Positions 1-13,456 of a stretch of 64,000 nt of DNA are shown piece after piece; the first letter of the stretch is position 1, and every line of letters begins with the position of its first letter. Below the pieces are notes generated by a model, which worked only from the letters and a program-made list of their open reading frames with translations, did no database searches and was not told the DNA's origin. A program made the translations under genes and the position numbers. The DNA comes from Zootoca vivipara (taxonomy: Eukaryota): assembly GCF_963506605.1 (NCBI RefSeq), contig NC_083279.1:25296001-25360000 (forward strand). The letters run 5' to 3'.

Positions 1-238
1 TTTGCACTAGGAGATGTATCTAGCTAGAGTAGTGAAGTTTCAATAAACATTGTGATGCAGATGTGACCAACCCAACACATATTTATCTGCATTGGCATTA
101 TCTGTGCTTGTATGTGCCTACAGTTGTTGTTTTTTCTGGATCAAGGCAGTTCAAGGACCTGGGAGTAAGTTCCTCTCAGTCTCAAAATGTGCATATTAAT
201 TACATTTAGTCATTTAGCCAATGTGTGGTTCTTTTAAG

Positions 239-337
239 GTTTAGAATACCCAGCTGTTGTTGAATTTGCACCATTCCAAAAGATTTCTAAGAAGAAGCTG
301 AAGAAGAAAGATGCAAAAGCTGGAAGCATAGAAGATG
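239..337 (+). CDS. UPF3A: UPF3A internal coding exon (99 bp); upstream exons lie outside the window
   Basis: ttttaag|...|gtaagc boundaries; translates (G)LEYPAVVEFAPFQKISKKKLKKKDAKAGSIED, the conserved UPF3 post-RRM segment. Confidence 0.95.
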
Positions 338-457
338 GTAAGCTCATTTTCATGGTGAAAACATTTTCCTGATTTACTGCACTTCATGGATAATTTCTCA
401 TGTAATATATTTGACATACAACACTTAATTTTCTTACTGGTTTTTTTTCTTTCATAG

Positions 458-568
458 ATCCAGAATACAGAAAATTTTTAGAAAGTTATTGTGCAGAAGA
501 AGAAAAAATATGTGCTAACCCTGAGACTCTGCTGGGAGAGATTGAGGCAAAAACAAGAGAACTCATTG
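458..568 (+). CDS. UPF3A: UPF3A coding exon (111 bp)
   Basis: ttcatag|...|gtctgt; (D)PEYRKFLESYCAEEEKICANPETLLGEIEAKTRELI; phase matches the flanking exons. Confidence 0.95.
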
Positions 569-3300
569 GTCTGTTAAGCTGATCTCCTCCATTAGTGAAT
601 GCTTCTGAATTATATGATCATATTTTATTAGTCTCACATTAGCACTCTTGAGGTTATATTCATTAAATTATGGTTATCTCTAGCACCATTTCAGAAGTTC
701 TTAATAAAAAGAACATCCCCTGTTTATTTTCAAACATTAGCTGAACAACAGATTTGGAAAACTAGTACTCTGCAGGCCTGTACTATGTCCATATAGCTAT
801 GAGGTTTGTGAGATATCATTACAGTAGTGGTATTTTATGATCACGAACTGTTGGTGGGCTAGGGGTATAAATGTAAAATGTTTTATACCTAAAACTCCTT
901 AATTTCATAAGTTATTGTGTGCAATCCAAGTTTTGTGTGTTACACTGGCCTCTATAACACTGATATTTATTTAAGATCATAAAAGGCACCAGTTGGCTAT
1001 TAGAAATACACAAAACTTTTCCCCAACCTGTGCCACTTCTCCTATAATCAAGAGATTATTCTACAATAAAGAAGGGGTTGCTCTGTAGTTTCAGCCCTGT
1101 CTTTCATTATGTTAATTTTAACATTGAAAATTTCACTGAAAGGGACGTTTTTCTGAAAGGGATTTGCATTGGAGTTTGATCCCAATTAAAGCGAATGAGA
1201 TAAAAACAAACTCTTTGCAAACTCAAGGTCTGGAATTGGAGAGGGGGCCAAAATGCTACCAGCATGGTAAAAAATTTTCATTTAACAACACAGTTACTAC
1301 TACTTTATATAGATTCAGCAGTTAATAAGCATTCAATATTGAATGCTGATGATGATCTCTAGGATGAAACTCCTGGCTTGTTATTAGTAACTTCCCTAAT
1401 TATTAAAAAAGTTATACAGTATAGACTATTTCTGTGGGTATTTATAATCTTGAATATGTACTATAATCTTATTTTACCAAAATTGTGGAAGAAATCCTAA
1501 TTACTTTGTTAATCAGATGGTTAATTAAATGGAGTGTGGAAAATATCTAAATAATATGCAATGCAATCAAAGAGATAACAAGGCATTTCCAATACATCTC
1601 AGTCCTAATTATGTACATATGAGAGGACAGATTTGTGAATAATGTGACTCCTACTCTCATAACACCCAGACAGCATGTTCAAGGATGATGAGAGTTGTAT
1701 TCCAACAATATATGGAGAGCCACAGTTCCCCAACCAACCCATTATCCAGTCCTGTATTACATTAATAACGCCTGTAAAAAAGGAACATGGGTCAGCTGAA
1801 CTGACAGTTTTACCTATCATTAGGTTGCTGAACAGTTTATGTCTGCCAAAGAACCATACCATTCAACAAACCAGTGTGGGTGATCTGATAATGTGGAACT
1901 GCTTTCCATGCTGCTCCAATAATGTATGAATTGGATGTTTATAGGATTTGAGGTAGAGTAGTAGTTTTGATATCCATTTACACAAACTTATATTTTGATC
2001 CAAAATGTATACATTTTAAGGACTTAACTATACAGATAATTAACTATGGGTCAATACAGCATTAAATATGAGTGCGCTGGTATAAGCTGGTAGTTAAGAG
2101 CACATGGTATGCTCAACATATGTGGTTCAAATCTTTAGCCAGTTGTGGATTCACTGGCTGCCATTAGACCATTATCTCTTGGCTTCAGATCTATAATGTT
2201 TATTACAACAGACTGCCTTACAGGGTTGGTATAGGGAACCTTCTGCCTGTGGGTCTGTTTATTTATATAGATTATTTAGGCTTGCCAGGCCTCCCCATTT
2301 AGTCCACGAGGCCATTTCAGCCAAAGCATAGGCACCACCCCAACAGCTCAGCTAAAAGGTTTGAAGCTGATTGTCCGGTGTTGCCAAGTCTCATGCAAAG
2401 TGCTCTGCGAGACCTGTGTTGGCACTGTATCATTATCGTATCATCATTGTATCATCAAGGGATTGACAGGTGGACAGTCCTACCTACCTGTCGAGCCTGG
2501 CCCACTATGGGTAGGGAGAGAACAATCTGGCCCTCAGGTCATAATCAGTTCTCCCTAATCCACCTGTTGTAAGGATTGTAGAGAAAATATATGAGAAGTG
2601 TTTTGATCACTTTGGAAATTATTATTGATTTTACCTGCAACTGACCTGCTGTGTCTACAGTGGAAATGCACAGGAATCAGTGTAGGCACCACCAGAAGCT
2701 AAATTTTACATGACAATCAGAAAAAAGTGTGCATATTGATGTTCCAATGCTTTTGCCACTCATTCTATCACTATTTGATCAAGATTAAAATTATGATTGT
2801 GTACACAGGTCAATCTTTCCCCCACTGTTTTCAGGAGTTTAACCATTAACTAGATGCTACTTTTGCACAGATCTGTAGGAAGAATTTTACACATATGTGT
2901 ATTTCATTAATGGCAAACTTTTCAAGGCTAATTTAAGACCACTGCATGCAGTCAAAATGCCAACCAGTCAGTTAGAAGATGGCACAACAGTATTGTGCAG
3001 CACAGATTTTTCCTCCTTTAAATGGTTGCATCCATTAAAAAAAATTACAGAAAAATAAAATATGACATAGACATCAAATAATCTCAGATACTTGTCTAAT
3101 TTTACTGATTTTCTAAACTATTATGATAAGAAATGAGTGGCTTTTATGTACTAGAGTAACAGGGACTTTCTATATGGCCCATTATGAAATCGTGTTCATT
3201 GTCATATAGTAATTACATTTTTAAAGCTTGAATGCCAAAATCATTTATAATCAATCTTACATATTAGAAACAAGATACTATATCACTTTTTGTGTTTTAG

Positions 3301-3356
3301 CTAGAAGAACAACACCACTTTTGGAATATATTAAAAATAGAAAATTAGAAAAACAG
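3301..3356 (+). CDS. UPF3A: UPF3A coding exon (56 bp)
   Basis: gttttag|...|gtatgt; (A)RRTTPLLEYIKNRKLEKQ, the conserved UPF3 TTPLL motif. Confidence 0.95.
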
Positions 3357-3450
3357 GTATGTTTGTGTTTTGGACTAAGCCCTAAACTTTGTGCTTTAAG
3401 TTCTTTTTAATATTTCTACAAATCTACATAAAACATTTCCAATGTTTTAG

Positions 3451-3609
3451 AGAATCCGAGAAGAGAAAAGGGAAGAACGAAGGAGAAGAGAATCAGAAAA
3501 AAAACGCCTAAGGGAAGATGAGAAGCGGAAACGCAGAGAGGAAGAAAGGCGTAAAAGAAAAGAAGCAGAAAAGCAAAAGAAAATGGCTGAAAAAGAAATA
3601 AGGATCAAG
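3451..3609 (+). CDS. UPF3A: UPF3A coding exon (159 bp), charged coiled coil
   Basis: gttttag|...|gtatta; RIREEKREERRRRESEKKRLREDEKRKRREEERRKRKEAEKQKKMAEKEIRIK. Confidence 0.95.
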
Positions 3610-4099
3610 GTATTATTTTCCTGCTATCTCCCATCTTTCAGATGTATCAGAGTTACAGTAGGTTAGCTTGATGTGTATCCTTACCCTAAATGCCATGCAT
3701 GTGGAAGAAGTCTCATTGATTTCATATCAGTGGGTTAGGACTATAGCATTAGGAACACAGGAAGTATACTCAAGTCACTGAGTTCAGCCAAGTATTTGGA
3801 TTCCCTATTACAGAAATTTTATTTTTAGAGGGTTGTGTTTTTTTTGTAGAGGGCCAAACCTATCTGAGCATTTGTAGAATGTGACTTCTTGAATCTTGTG
3901 TCTTGCATTGCAAAGTAGATGTGTAAATTTCCCACTCCTAACTCAAGAAAATAGTTACCATTCTGAAGTTCTTAAACTGAACCATTGTCATTGGCAGTTA
4001 TCTGTGTCAATAAAATATGGTTTCAAATTCTGGAAATTCTGCAGATCATGAAAGTAAAAGCAGAAATAAATTTTATGTTGCAAAACTAAAAATCAGATC

Positions 4100-4730
4100 T
4101 TTATTTATTTTTTTAAGCTTCCCCCTCCCCAATATACAGAACAGAGAAACGTCACAACAGTGATTAGAATTCTAAGATAAGTTAACTTAAGGAAGGTTAT
4201 AGAATGAAGTTTTCCACCTATCTTTTTATCCCTACAGCTGCCTGAGTCCCCGTCCCCAAACCTTTTGAGCAAGGGAGAGGGTGATGTGGGATGGTGTAAT
4301 TACCCCAAATTAGGCTTGGATCAAAAGATACATTAATTTAAGGAAGCTCACAAATGAAAAGTTTTCGATTCCCTCCTCCACCTGGCAGCTCCTGGGTGCC
4401 ATCATACATTGTTCAGGAGGATTCCTGGGTCTCCAGAGTGGCTTTTCAGAGGTTATAGGGGAAATGTGAAACGCCTACTGGGAACTCCCTACTGGGAACT
4501 TCGTAAGATTATCTTACATTAGGATAAATGTCAGCATATCAAAAGGCAAATAAAAATCAGGGACTGAATAAAATATATCCTTGATCCTTGCATGAATTAA
4601 TACATGCAGTAATAATTGTGGTTCCCTCTTGAGATTCTTTAGAAAAAGTCCAGGGGACAGAGACCACATCCCATCTCTGGCAGAATGAACTGTGCCCATT
4701 TAAAAGAGGGATATATTTCCACATACTTAC
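4100..4730 (-). mobile_element. degraded L1/Tx1-like LINE 3' fragment (tentative; boundaries approximate)
   Basis: T-rich tail on + at ~4100; minus-strand peptide LSPGLFL...LLLHVLIHARIKDIF resembles the ORF2 C-terminus; frames broken. Confidence 0.35.
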
Positions 4731-5388
4731 ATATGTATACACACACAATATCATACATATATGGTGTATTCATTGCATTCTAAACATTAACCATATACAG
4801 TACTATTATAGTTAAACAATGCAATATATTTGAGGAGCATGTTTGAACAGAAAATGCCAGAACATTAGAGGGAGTTAATGCTTTGTCAATCAGTTTCCAT
4901 AATATCTATAATTTATATACTTAGCTGAATTTGTATTAAGAGATGCTGGTAACTGTTACAGTTCAGTTATTAGATCTAGATATGACATTTCTTCTTGAGG
5001 GTTTCTATATATTTTAGACCCACAGCAGCAGAACTGCCTTGCATCAAGAATGTGGAAACTCTAGATTCTTTCATCAGTGCTAAGCAGTTATAAAATGTAA
5101 TTCATTTCAACAGGCGATATCTTGGTCTGTGGTTAATTCTCTCACTGAAATTAGGCATATTTGTTCAAATGCTTAATTGTTGCTGCATCGTGATTTCTTT
5201 TTAAATTGTTTTTTGAAAGCTGATGTCATATGGGTGGGTTTTTGGGGGGCGGTGGCTAAGGACACATCAAGCAAGTATGCTATAAGTTGATTTTCCTGAA
5301 AACCGTGTATTCTGTAAGATGTTAACATTTGTAAAGATGTAGAAAACACGTTTATAATAGTCATATATTTTACAAAAATATTTTTTAG

Positions 5389-5546
5389 CTTCTTAAGAAA
5401 CCGGAGAAAGGCGATGAGCAAGCCACAGAAAAGCACAGAGAAAAAGAAAAAGCTGACATAGACGAGAGTAAATGGGAGAAATCACCTGGGCACGGGAGTA
5501 TAAAATCTAAGCCCCTGGAAGGTTCCCTGAAGGAACTTAAGGAAAA
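5389..5546 (+). CDS. UPF3A: UPF3A coding exon (158 bp)
   Basis: ttttttag|...|gtaagt; LLKKPEKGDEQATEKHREKEK...; frame continuous with neighbours. Confidence 0.92.
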
Positions 5547-5699
5547 GTAAGTAGTGCTTTATCTTGAAGATAAAGTTGCATCCTCAAGGCAGTTTAAATT
5601 GGTACATCCCTTTGACTTAAAACCTCTGGGTTTTTCCAAAAGTAATCATAGCTTGTCATCTGAATCCAATAAACTATATTAATAGTCTTAATTATAGTT

Positions 5700-5880
5700 T
5701 GGGAAACAAACAAACCTTAATTCATGCTTTATGAAGTTTTTCTCTGTCTTCCAACATGCTCGTATCACACTGCCGGGAGCTGATATTATTCTGTAACACC
5801 ACCACCACCAAGATCTTAGGGTGAAGGGCATTATATCAATCAATCCAAGCTGGTCTCTGACCATAATAAATTTCATGTTT
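5700..5880 (-). mobile_element. degraded L1/Tx1-like ORF2 C-terminal fragment (tentative)
   Basis: peptide IISAPGSVIRACWKT resembles the L1-clade 'AAR..IA..WK' motif. Confidence 0.3.
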
Positions 5881-6282
5881 CATATCAATCAATCAAATAA
5901 ATAACCAAAATTTGGCATCCAAAGCTAGGCAAGTTATAGAAAAAAAGGAGTAACCAACTCTTGACATTCCGGGACTCCTAGGATCTGTAAGTCTTAACCT
6001 TATACAAAATAAATTATTGAATTTCCAAAACCCTTCCTTTTTACTTTAATAATGGTAAACATGTAGCACGAAGTAGCACAATCCTATGTGCATACTCAGA
6101 AGTAAATACCTACTTATCTAGGAATAAGCCCTATTGAAGGCAATGGGACTTGCTTCTGAATAGGCCCTTACTCCAACTCCACTAAATAACCTGGGAGCTT
6201 TGTTTAGGCATCATATGCCTTGTTACCTGAGTTTTAAGTAGTTTATTTTTTATGTTTGGATTTTTCATTTTTTAAAACACAG

Positions 6283-6577
6283 GTCTCAAAATGATAGCGA
6301 TAAAGAGCAAAGAGATTCAGAGAGAAGATTTCGTGAAAAAGAACCTGAGAGACAAAGGTATCGACTGGATGATAGCCGAAAGCACAGAAGTCACTATGAA
6401 TTTGACAAGTTTGTGAGAAGGAATGAAGATGAGGTGAAGTGGGGGAAAGGATACAGCCAAGATCGAGGGAAGAAAGTGAACTACAACTACAGCTTCACTG
6501 TGGACACAGTAGACAAACTGGGTAAAGAGGACAAGTGTGATGACATGGCATCCAAAAAGGAGCGCATAAGAAATAAG
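6283..6577 (+). CDS. UPF3A: UPF3A coding exon (295 bp)
   Basis: aacacag|...|gttctt; open frame ending MASKKERIRNK, the first half of the EJC-binding motif. Confidence 0.92.
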
Positions 6578-7084
6578 GTTCTTTTATTCATTTAGGATAA
6601 TCTTTCATTAGTAAAATTACTTCAAGGTCATACAAGATTTGCTTTTGACATCTCAGCATGAACTTTTTAAACATTTGATTTTCACTAAAATGAAAACCTC
6701 CATTTTTTTAATTCAGCAAAAGCGGTTAAAGTGATAGGTATTGGAATCTGTCTTTGCTGCTAATGATGTCTATGTTTGCATTTTTTAAATGCATGCTTTT
6801 ATGAAGCACAGTTCTTAGAATCTGGGTTGTTTAAAAAAATGTTTATCTGTTTTAATATACACATTTCAGAATGCTTATGCTCTCCCTGATAACCTATACT
6901 CTAATCACTCAAACATATTGTGCCCTTATGTTTGGACCTACTATATTACTGCTAAGGGAATCAATAGCCTAAACGATCTAAGTTGAAGTAACGTTGCTAC
7001 CAGTGAAAATAATAGGAGGTGGAAACCATGATCATTACTTCAGTTGAGTACATAGTGATCTTAAAAAAGAAGCAGAAACTAATA

Positions 7085-7333
7085 CAGCGGTACCTCAGAA
7101 GTTGAACAGAATCCATTCCAGAAGTCTGTTCAACTTCCAAAATGTTCAAGAACCAAGGCATGGCTTCTGATTGACTGCAGGAAGCTCTTGCAGCCAAGCG
7201 GAAGCCATGGAACCGCGAAGGAAGTTCAGGTTACAAAGAACTTTCACAAACCGGAACAATCACTTCCAGGTTTGCGACGTTCGGAAGCCAAAACGTTCAA
7301 CTGGGAAGGCGTTTGACTTCTGAGGTATGACTC
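7085..7333. mobile_element. Tigger/pogo-like non-autonomous DNA transposon (MITE)
   Basis: ta|cagcggtacctc ... gaggtatgactc|ta; TA target, imperfect terminal inverted repeats. Confidence 0.75.
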
Positions 7334-8469
7334 TATTATGAAGATTTTCAAAGTACAGTAATTTAACAGCTTAGCTGTTGTTAATATTGATGTAGCCCAG
7401 CAAATCAGTAATTTACACACAGGTATCATTCTTACACTTGACCCTGTGGATATGTGTAGCTGTAACATTGCAAAGAATTAGTTCCTGTGACCCAGCAACG
7501 ACATCATTCTTTGTGCATTAGATAACCCGGCTATGTTGCTTGTCATTTGGAATCCCAACTCCACTTACCTGGAAGTGAGCCACATTTAATTAGGACATAC
7601 TTCTGAGTAGGCATGGTTGAGATTGTGCTGTTAACTACAATTTATCAGGGATGTCCAGCATGATTCTAAACAAGATTACTGGAAATAAAGACCCACTCCC
7701 TTCTATAGGACATGCTCCCCAATAGGTTTGTTCAGAATTGCAGCTTTGGTCTTATGCTACTATAAGGCCTTGTCATTCACTGGTTGGAGACAGAGGAATG
7801 GTGGGAGGGACCAGCTAGGGAATCACCAAGGGAAGAAGGCTGAGAGCCTGGGGAGTGGTGGTGGCACAAGGATGAGTGGTCAGAGGGAAAACGGGGGGAA
7901 GACTGGGAAGAGGAGGTGTTAAAGCTGAAGAGGTAATAGGGCTTAGTGAGCTGGGAGAGTTTGTGTCAACAAGAAGTTATGGTTAAACCTTTACTGGCTA
8001 GCCAGATTATTAAATCAAGCTCTACTTTGATAGGTGAGCTATTAAGTTATTATGCTACCTTTATACCTTGGAAACTGTGGACTGTCTTCGTGTTTGAAAC
8101 TGTTTGTGCCCATATTTGATTGCAGCCATATTTCTTCTAGTTGTTATAACAGATTAAAATTTTGATAGTGGGTTGTGAAATTTTCCATCTTTGCTACTGT
8201 GTTCTTAAGCATCACTTTCCTCCCAAAACAGCAATCTGAATTTGTCCAGTATTCTTTTAATTTGCTTAAAGTACTTGGCTCTCAGGGGCTAAGAGTGAGG
8301 TAATAAGTGTAAGATATTTATAACCTAGTTTTCCCATTTGTTGTAAAATCAGTTCGTCAAAAAAGTCCTCTTTTCTTTCGCAGAACAGTTAAGACATTTT
8401 GAGATCTCCTGTGGATAATAAATTATTTTCTCCAAGCCTTAATCTTTTTTCTTCTTATTTTCTGCACAG

Positions 8470-8643
8470 GATCGGCCAGCCATGCAACTATACCAGCCAG
8501 GAGTTCGCATTCGAACACATACGGGGTCTACAAGTAGGTCCTATGACTGCACTGAAAAGTCTTCAGAAGAAGCTTATGATAGAAAGTATGAAGCAGACAA
8601 TTCACCTGGAGGTGGTTCTGAGAAGAGCGAAGAGGCAGAATAA
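8470..8643 (+). CDS. UPF3A: UPF3A last coding exon with stop codon
   Basis: tgcacag|GAT; DRPAMQLYQPGVRIR...SEKSEEAE*TAA. Called UPF3A rather than UPF3B because of adjacency to CHAMP1 and the C-terminal ...EEAE. Confidence 0.92.
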   Translation, partial: DRPAMQLYQPGVRIRTHTGSTSRSYDCTEKSSEEAYDRKYEADNSPGGGSEKSEEAE

Positions 8644-11458
8644 AACATGATGGACAGAAACTTCAGCATTTAAGATTTAGTGTCCCGCAAAATATTGTAT
8701 GTTCTTGGAATTGGCCCACCGTTACCAAGAAATCTTTTTAAAATAGTTTTCTAGTAGAAGTTTAGGCCACAGGCAACGTTACATAAATGTTACAAGAGAA
8801 TATCATCACTGTGCACTTACTCTGTTTCCAGCTATATGCATGTGAAGGCATCTTTCATCCCCATGCATATAGATACATATTTGATGGTATGTTATGATAG
8901 TACATGACTTTTAAAGGTTGTTCTTCAGGTGGATTTCATTGCCCATTATCACTGACATGTTACGCAAATATGTGCCTCTATACATAATGGAGTGATGGCT
9001 CACAAAGGCATAGGGCATACTGTGGCTTGAGAAATGGGAAGGGTATTTATGACACAATGTTATTGAATATTACAGTAGAATTCAGAATTTCGAAGTTTCT
9101 GATAGTACCAAGCATATTTTGAGGTTTTTTGTTTTGCATGAAACTTTTCTGAAATGTTCCACTGTTCCACTCTAGTGGAATTCTTTAAAGCATGCATTTC
9201 CATCAGTTTTAACTGAGGCATTTTATGTTCTATAAATTGCAGTAACAGGTCTCAGTACGACAAGACCATAAGAATAAGACATTATACAGAGTGTAACTGT
9301 ATTTACATCAGTCGGGAGAATAACACACAAGCCTGGCCCTGTAAGGAGTTAAGTCCCAGTTTAGTAAGTGCATTGCTGCATAAAGAACTATAAACAGCAA
9401 ATTACCCTTGTAATTAAGATAATGTTTAAATGATTATTACAGGACAGTACTCAACTGCAGGATCATGGGTGGTTAAAACGCACAATTTGCACATTTGTGT
9501 CCAGTGTCTGCAGTCCTCAGTCCATTTACTTTGGTTTTCAGGGGTAAACTAGGCAGAAAGGCAGCATGATCCATGTATTATATTTGGGGTTGTGCCAAAT
9601 TCCAATGAAGGAGAGTGGGAAGATTTAAAGCCTAGCATGTGCAGGTGGGATGAGAGTGCTAAAGTTTTCCTTCCTCTAGCCAAAAGCTGCTTCTCCCTCC
9701 CAGCAAGCAGCTAATGGGTTGCAGCTCTGCCCACTGGGTCAGTTGCTCCTGCCTCCAAGTGCTTTTATTACAACAGGAGTTACTTTCAGACTCAAAACCC
9801 CATCTGAAGAAAACCAGCTTTGGGCAAGCAGTTTCAAGGGAGAAAGGGGGGGGGAGTGGGTCGGCACTTTCTGCTTTATAGGAATCCAGAAGCAACCCAT
9901 GGGTCTGGTGCTGTAATGTCTAATTTGCTCTTTCATTTGCTAGAACATCAGGTAAGTGTCTGTGTTCTTTTGTTTCCAAGCTGCTTTTGCCTTGTAAAAG
10001 GTTTTGTATGTTTAAACCAGAGAAAAGCCTGAATATTTAATGCTGTGTCTGTCATGAAATAGCATATTTAAAGGTTTTGCCACTTTTTAATATGTGATAT
10101 AAGTGACATTGTTTTGTATGTTAATTTTTCATATAGTATGTTTTTACATAAGTCACCAGTGGAAACACTTCTGTTTATAGGTAAAAGCTATGGAAATAGA
10201 TTTTTTTTTGAGGGAATAAACTGCTACGACCGTTCCCTCTGTTTATTGTGCTTGTTAAGAATCCATTTTTTGTGTATATATTGTTCTTAGTATCCTCAGT
10301 AAGCAACTACACAGGCCTTGAGATCAGAGCATCACTCTGACAATACTGATATGCTTTTTGTTTACCTGAAACACAGATCTTCTTTTGACTACTTTTTTAC
10401 ATCATGTCCTCAACCTTTTTTTACTGTCATCCTATCAGCATTTGATTGTTCTTATGTAAATAAAGGTGATAATCTGGACCTTCAACCACTAGAATATTAA
10501 ACTGAAATCTGATCATCTGAATAGTGCTTCGCCTGATGTGTTTTACTACTATACCAAATCGATTAAAAAAATAGGATTCATGGATTAAAAATACCAAACC
10601 AGCTTCAAAAGTACTGTGCTAATCTGACTCTCCACTCGATTTGAACTATTCTTTTGTTTCCCAGATGATAAACCAGAAAAACTAGACCAAAAGTTAATAA
10701 CAACAATAACAAAATTGATGTAGTACTGCCTTTCACCCTAAGGCCTCAGGGCAGGTCACAATTTAAAATACATTTAAAAGAATTTAAAACAAATTACTCT
10801 CACAATAATATGATGGGGCCTAAAAATATACATCTCAAGTGTCAAAGCCAAGGTAAAGAGTTGTGTCTTTAGCATATGATTAAAACTGTATTGTGTACTT
10901 TCTCCCGGAAAGGCAGAAACATAGGGAACCTACTGGATCTTACATTACTTTTATTATTTATACACATGATTCTCTTTGACTTGTTTCTCTGATTTTGAGA
11001 AAAATTGTGCAATTATTTGCAACATCTTAACATGTTTTTGAGAAGTAAACAACACACAACTTGAAAAGCCATTTCCCTACATTTACTGCTAGTGAACCAA
11101 CCTCTTGCCACTTCTAGAACACACAGGTGCATCTGAAAAGGAAAAGACATGCACTTCTGCACCATGAAGAATATTTATGTGATCCAAAGCTCATTGGTGC
11201 TGTGAAGTGTTTATTGTCCAAAAACGCCTCATTCTATGTTGTGTGTTCTTCATTATGAATAAGATTTTACAATGTCACTTTCTGGCTTCGTTTTACCTTC
11301 AGTATATTGTTACATGCATCACTGGGTGCAGGCTCCTCCATTCCTGTGTAGCAGCTTGGTGAACTTTTGAAATAGCAAGACTTGCCTCTGAAGACATTTT
11401 TTGTACCTGGATTATTTTAGCTGAAGTGGAATGCAGGAGTCTTGATCTGCAATCAGTT

Positions 11459-11623
11459 TCAGAAGAATGTGGTCTGCCTTCTTTGCATCTGTGGCAAAAA
11501 GCCTGGTCTTTGTCTGAAATTAGTGGGCTTCTTGTAAGCTGAAACCTTGACAGTTTGTATATCAAGAGTGTATTTATCTTGCACCCTTTTTCTTCTTTCC
11601 CAAAATTCTTCAGTATTGCATAG
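11459..11623 (-). CDS. FBXO36-like gene, coding exon 4 (last)
   Basis: cttttag|CTA; LCNTEEFWERRKRVQDKYTLDIQTVKVSAYKKPTNFRQRPGFLPQMQRRQTTFF*TGA; the start completes the F-box (L-C-x4-F-W). Confidence 0.85.
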   Translation of the reverse strand, partial: LCNTEEFWERRKRVQDKYTLDIQTVKVSAYKKPTNFRQRPGFLPQMQRRQTTFF

Positions 11624-11890
11624 CTAAAAGGTAAATATTTGCAATATATTATACATAATACGTGTGAGTAGGCCAGATTCTCATTTTCTTTACAATAGAT
11701 TTGTTTGCTTTTCAGACTACAACATGACTTGCAAATCTTTTGGTCTACTCTTAAGCTCTCATTATTCTGGTTCTACATGGCAACTGTCACTGGTAACTGA
11801 TCGTACTTGCTACTTCTGTAAAGCTCCATTTACACCAAGTCTATAACTAAAATTATTTTATCAAGATTACATATTTGTCATAATTTTTAC

Positions 11891-12063
11891 CTGCCGAAAC
11901 CTTTTACATGTTTGTGACAATTGCCTTATATCCTCTGTATTAAGAAATGACAATATGTGTATGATCAAATGGTCAGGAATTCGATGGAGGAAGTCATAGT
12001 GTCCTTGACATAAGCTGAGAATGTAGTCTAGCGTTTTCTTCCCAAAGACACCTTGCATTTGTT
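11891..12063 (-). CDS. FBXO36-like gene, coding exon 3 (173 bp), F-box domain
   Basis: tttactcag|...|gtaaaa; QMQGVFGKKTLDYILSLCQGHYDFLHRIPDHLIIHILSFLNTEDIRQLSQTCKRFRQ aligns with recalled FBXO36 ...FG..ILDYVINLCKGKFDFLERL... Confidence 0.92.
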
Positions 12064-13456
12064 CTGAGTAAAAGAAAAAATATACAAGCAAACAGATTTT
12101 AAACAGGAATACTGCCAAAGTGAAAGGCACTGTGCTAAGCTAAATGAGAAAGGGCACATACAAAAAAAACCCAAGAGGAAGAAAGAGAAACTTCATTCTA
12201 TTGCTGTTTCCTAACTTAACTGGAAGTAAGGCTCATAGAACTTAACATGGTTTACTTCTGAGTGTATACAGGATTGCATGGTTGTTCTATTAATAAATAT
12301 AATTAATCTGATACCCGATGACTGTGAAGACTGAAACTTAGGCTACTTCCAGGTGACCTGTTTATTGAGCATTCATTCTTGTTTGTTTATAGGAAAGTTA
12401 AATAATTTGCATGAAGCAATTGTTATCTCACACTTTTCAATGCATTTCCCTGTCACTTTCCTTCTTGTAGAAAGTCAATTTTGTGGGGAAGTGGGTTTCT
12501 TGCACAAGAGCACCAAATCAGCTTTAATTCTGCAACCTGAATTTGTCACTACTGTATGTGATTGAATCAAGCCTGAATACAGCAACAGTCTGGAAGCACC
12601 CATAAGGCAGATAAGGATAAGTCCTGTGCATTGGTGGAAAGCCTGATACAAGAAGGGCAATTCAGTCTATCATACTAAGAATAGGCAATTTAGCACAGAG
12701 TAAATGGCAAGCTGCCATGATAATCATTAAGTAGAATACTAATTCTGAATTGCCCAGGCATGTCATATTGAAAGGCATATTATTTGCACTCACCAACACT
12801 GTTTAAAGCAATTCTTGTTCTTAAGTGCAATGCACACACTGCAGCCCTTTGCACTCTGGAAGCCTTTTATGTTCCAAATATAAATAAAATTGACTTGAAG
12901 TATAATAATCAGAAAGGCACAAAGGCTTGCTGTGTGTGCTTAAGGTATTAGGAATGATAAAAGGATTTCTCCATAGCTACCACAACCATGCGGTCTAGCA
13001 CTATTCGTTAAGTACATAACCAAAACAAAAAGCTAAGTCTATAGAATGAATGTCTTAAAAAGCAACAGGGGACGAAACAAAATTAACCCTATGGAGTAAA
13101 TGTACTAACTGCTTGGCACTTGACGCTGCATTCCATTAGTGTCAAATATTTCCATGGAAACAAATGAGAGATTGGGCAGATCTGTACCATACACTTAAAG
13201 TACATCCAACTGATGCTTCAACCGGTTTATCAAGTCTTCATCCTGATTAGTTTGCAGGGAGATTGGGTGACATTGGGTCAAGAAAGTGGTGTCCCATTTG
13301 GTAAAGGGAGAAGGCGACAGAAAATCAAGAAAGAAAAACCAACGAAAATCCTATTGGATTTGGGATCAAATGGTAACTCCCCGCCCCCCCAAGATGGTTG
13401 GTTTATGCTGGTTAAGTGCCATTAACACGTGTGTACTCAAAAGTCAATGTTATAGC

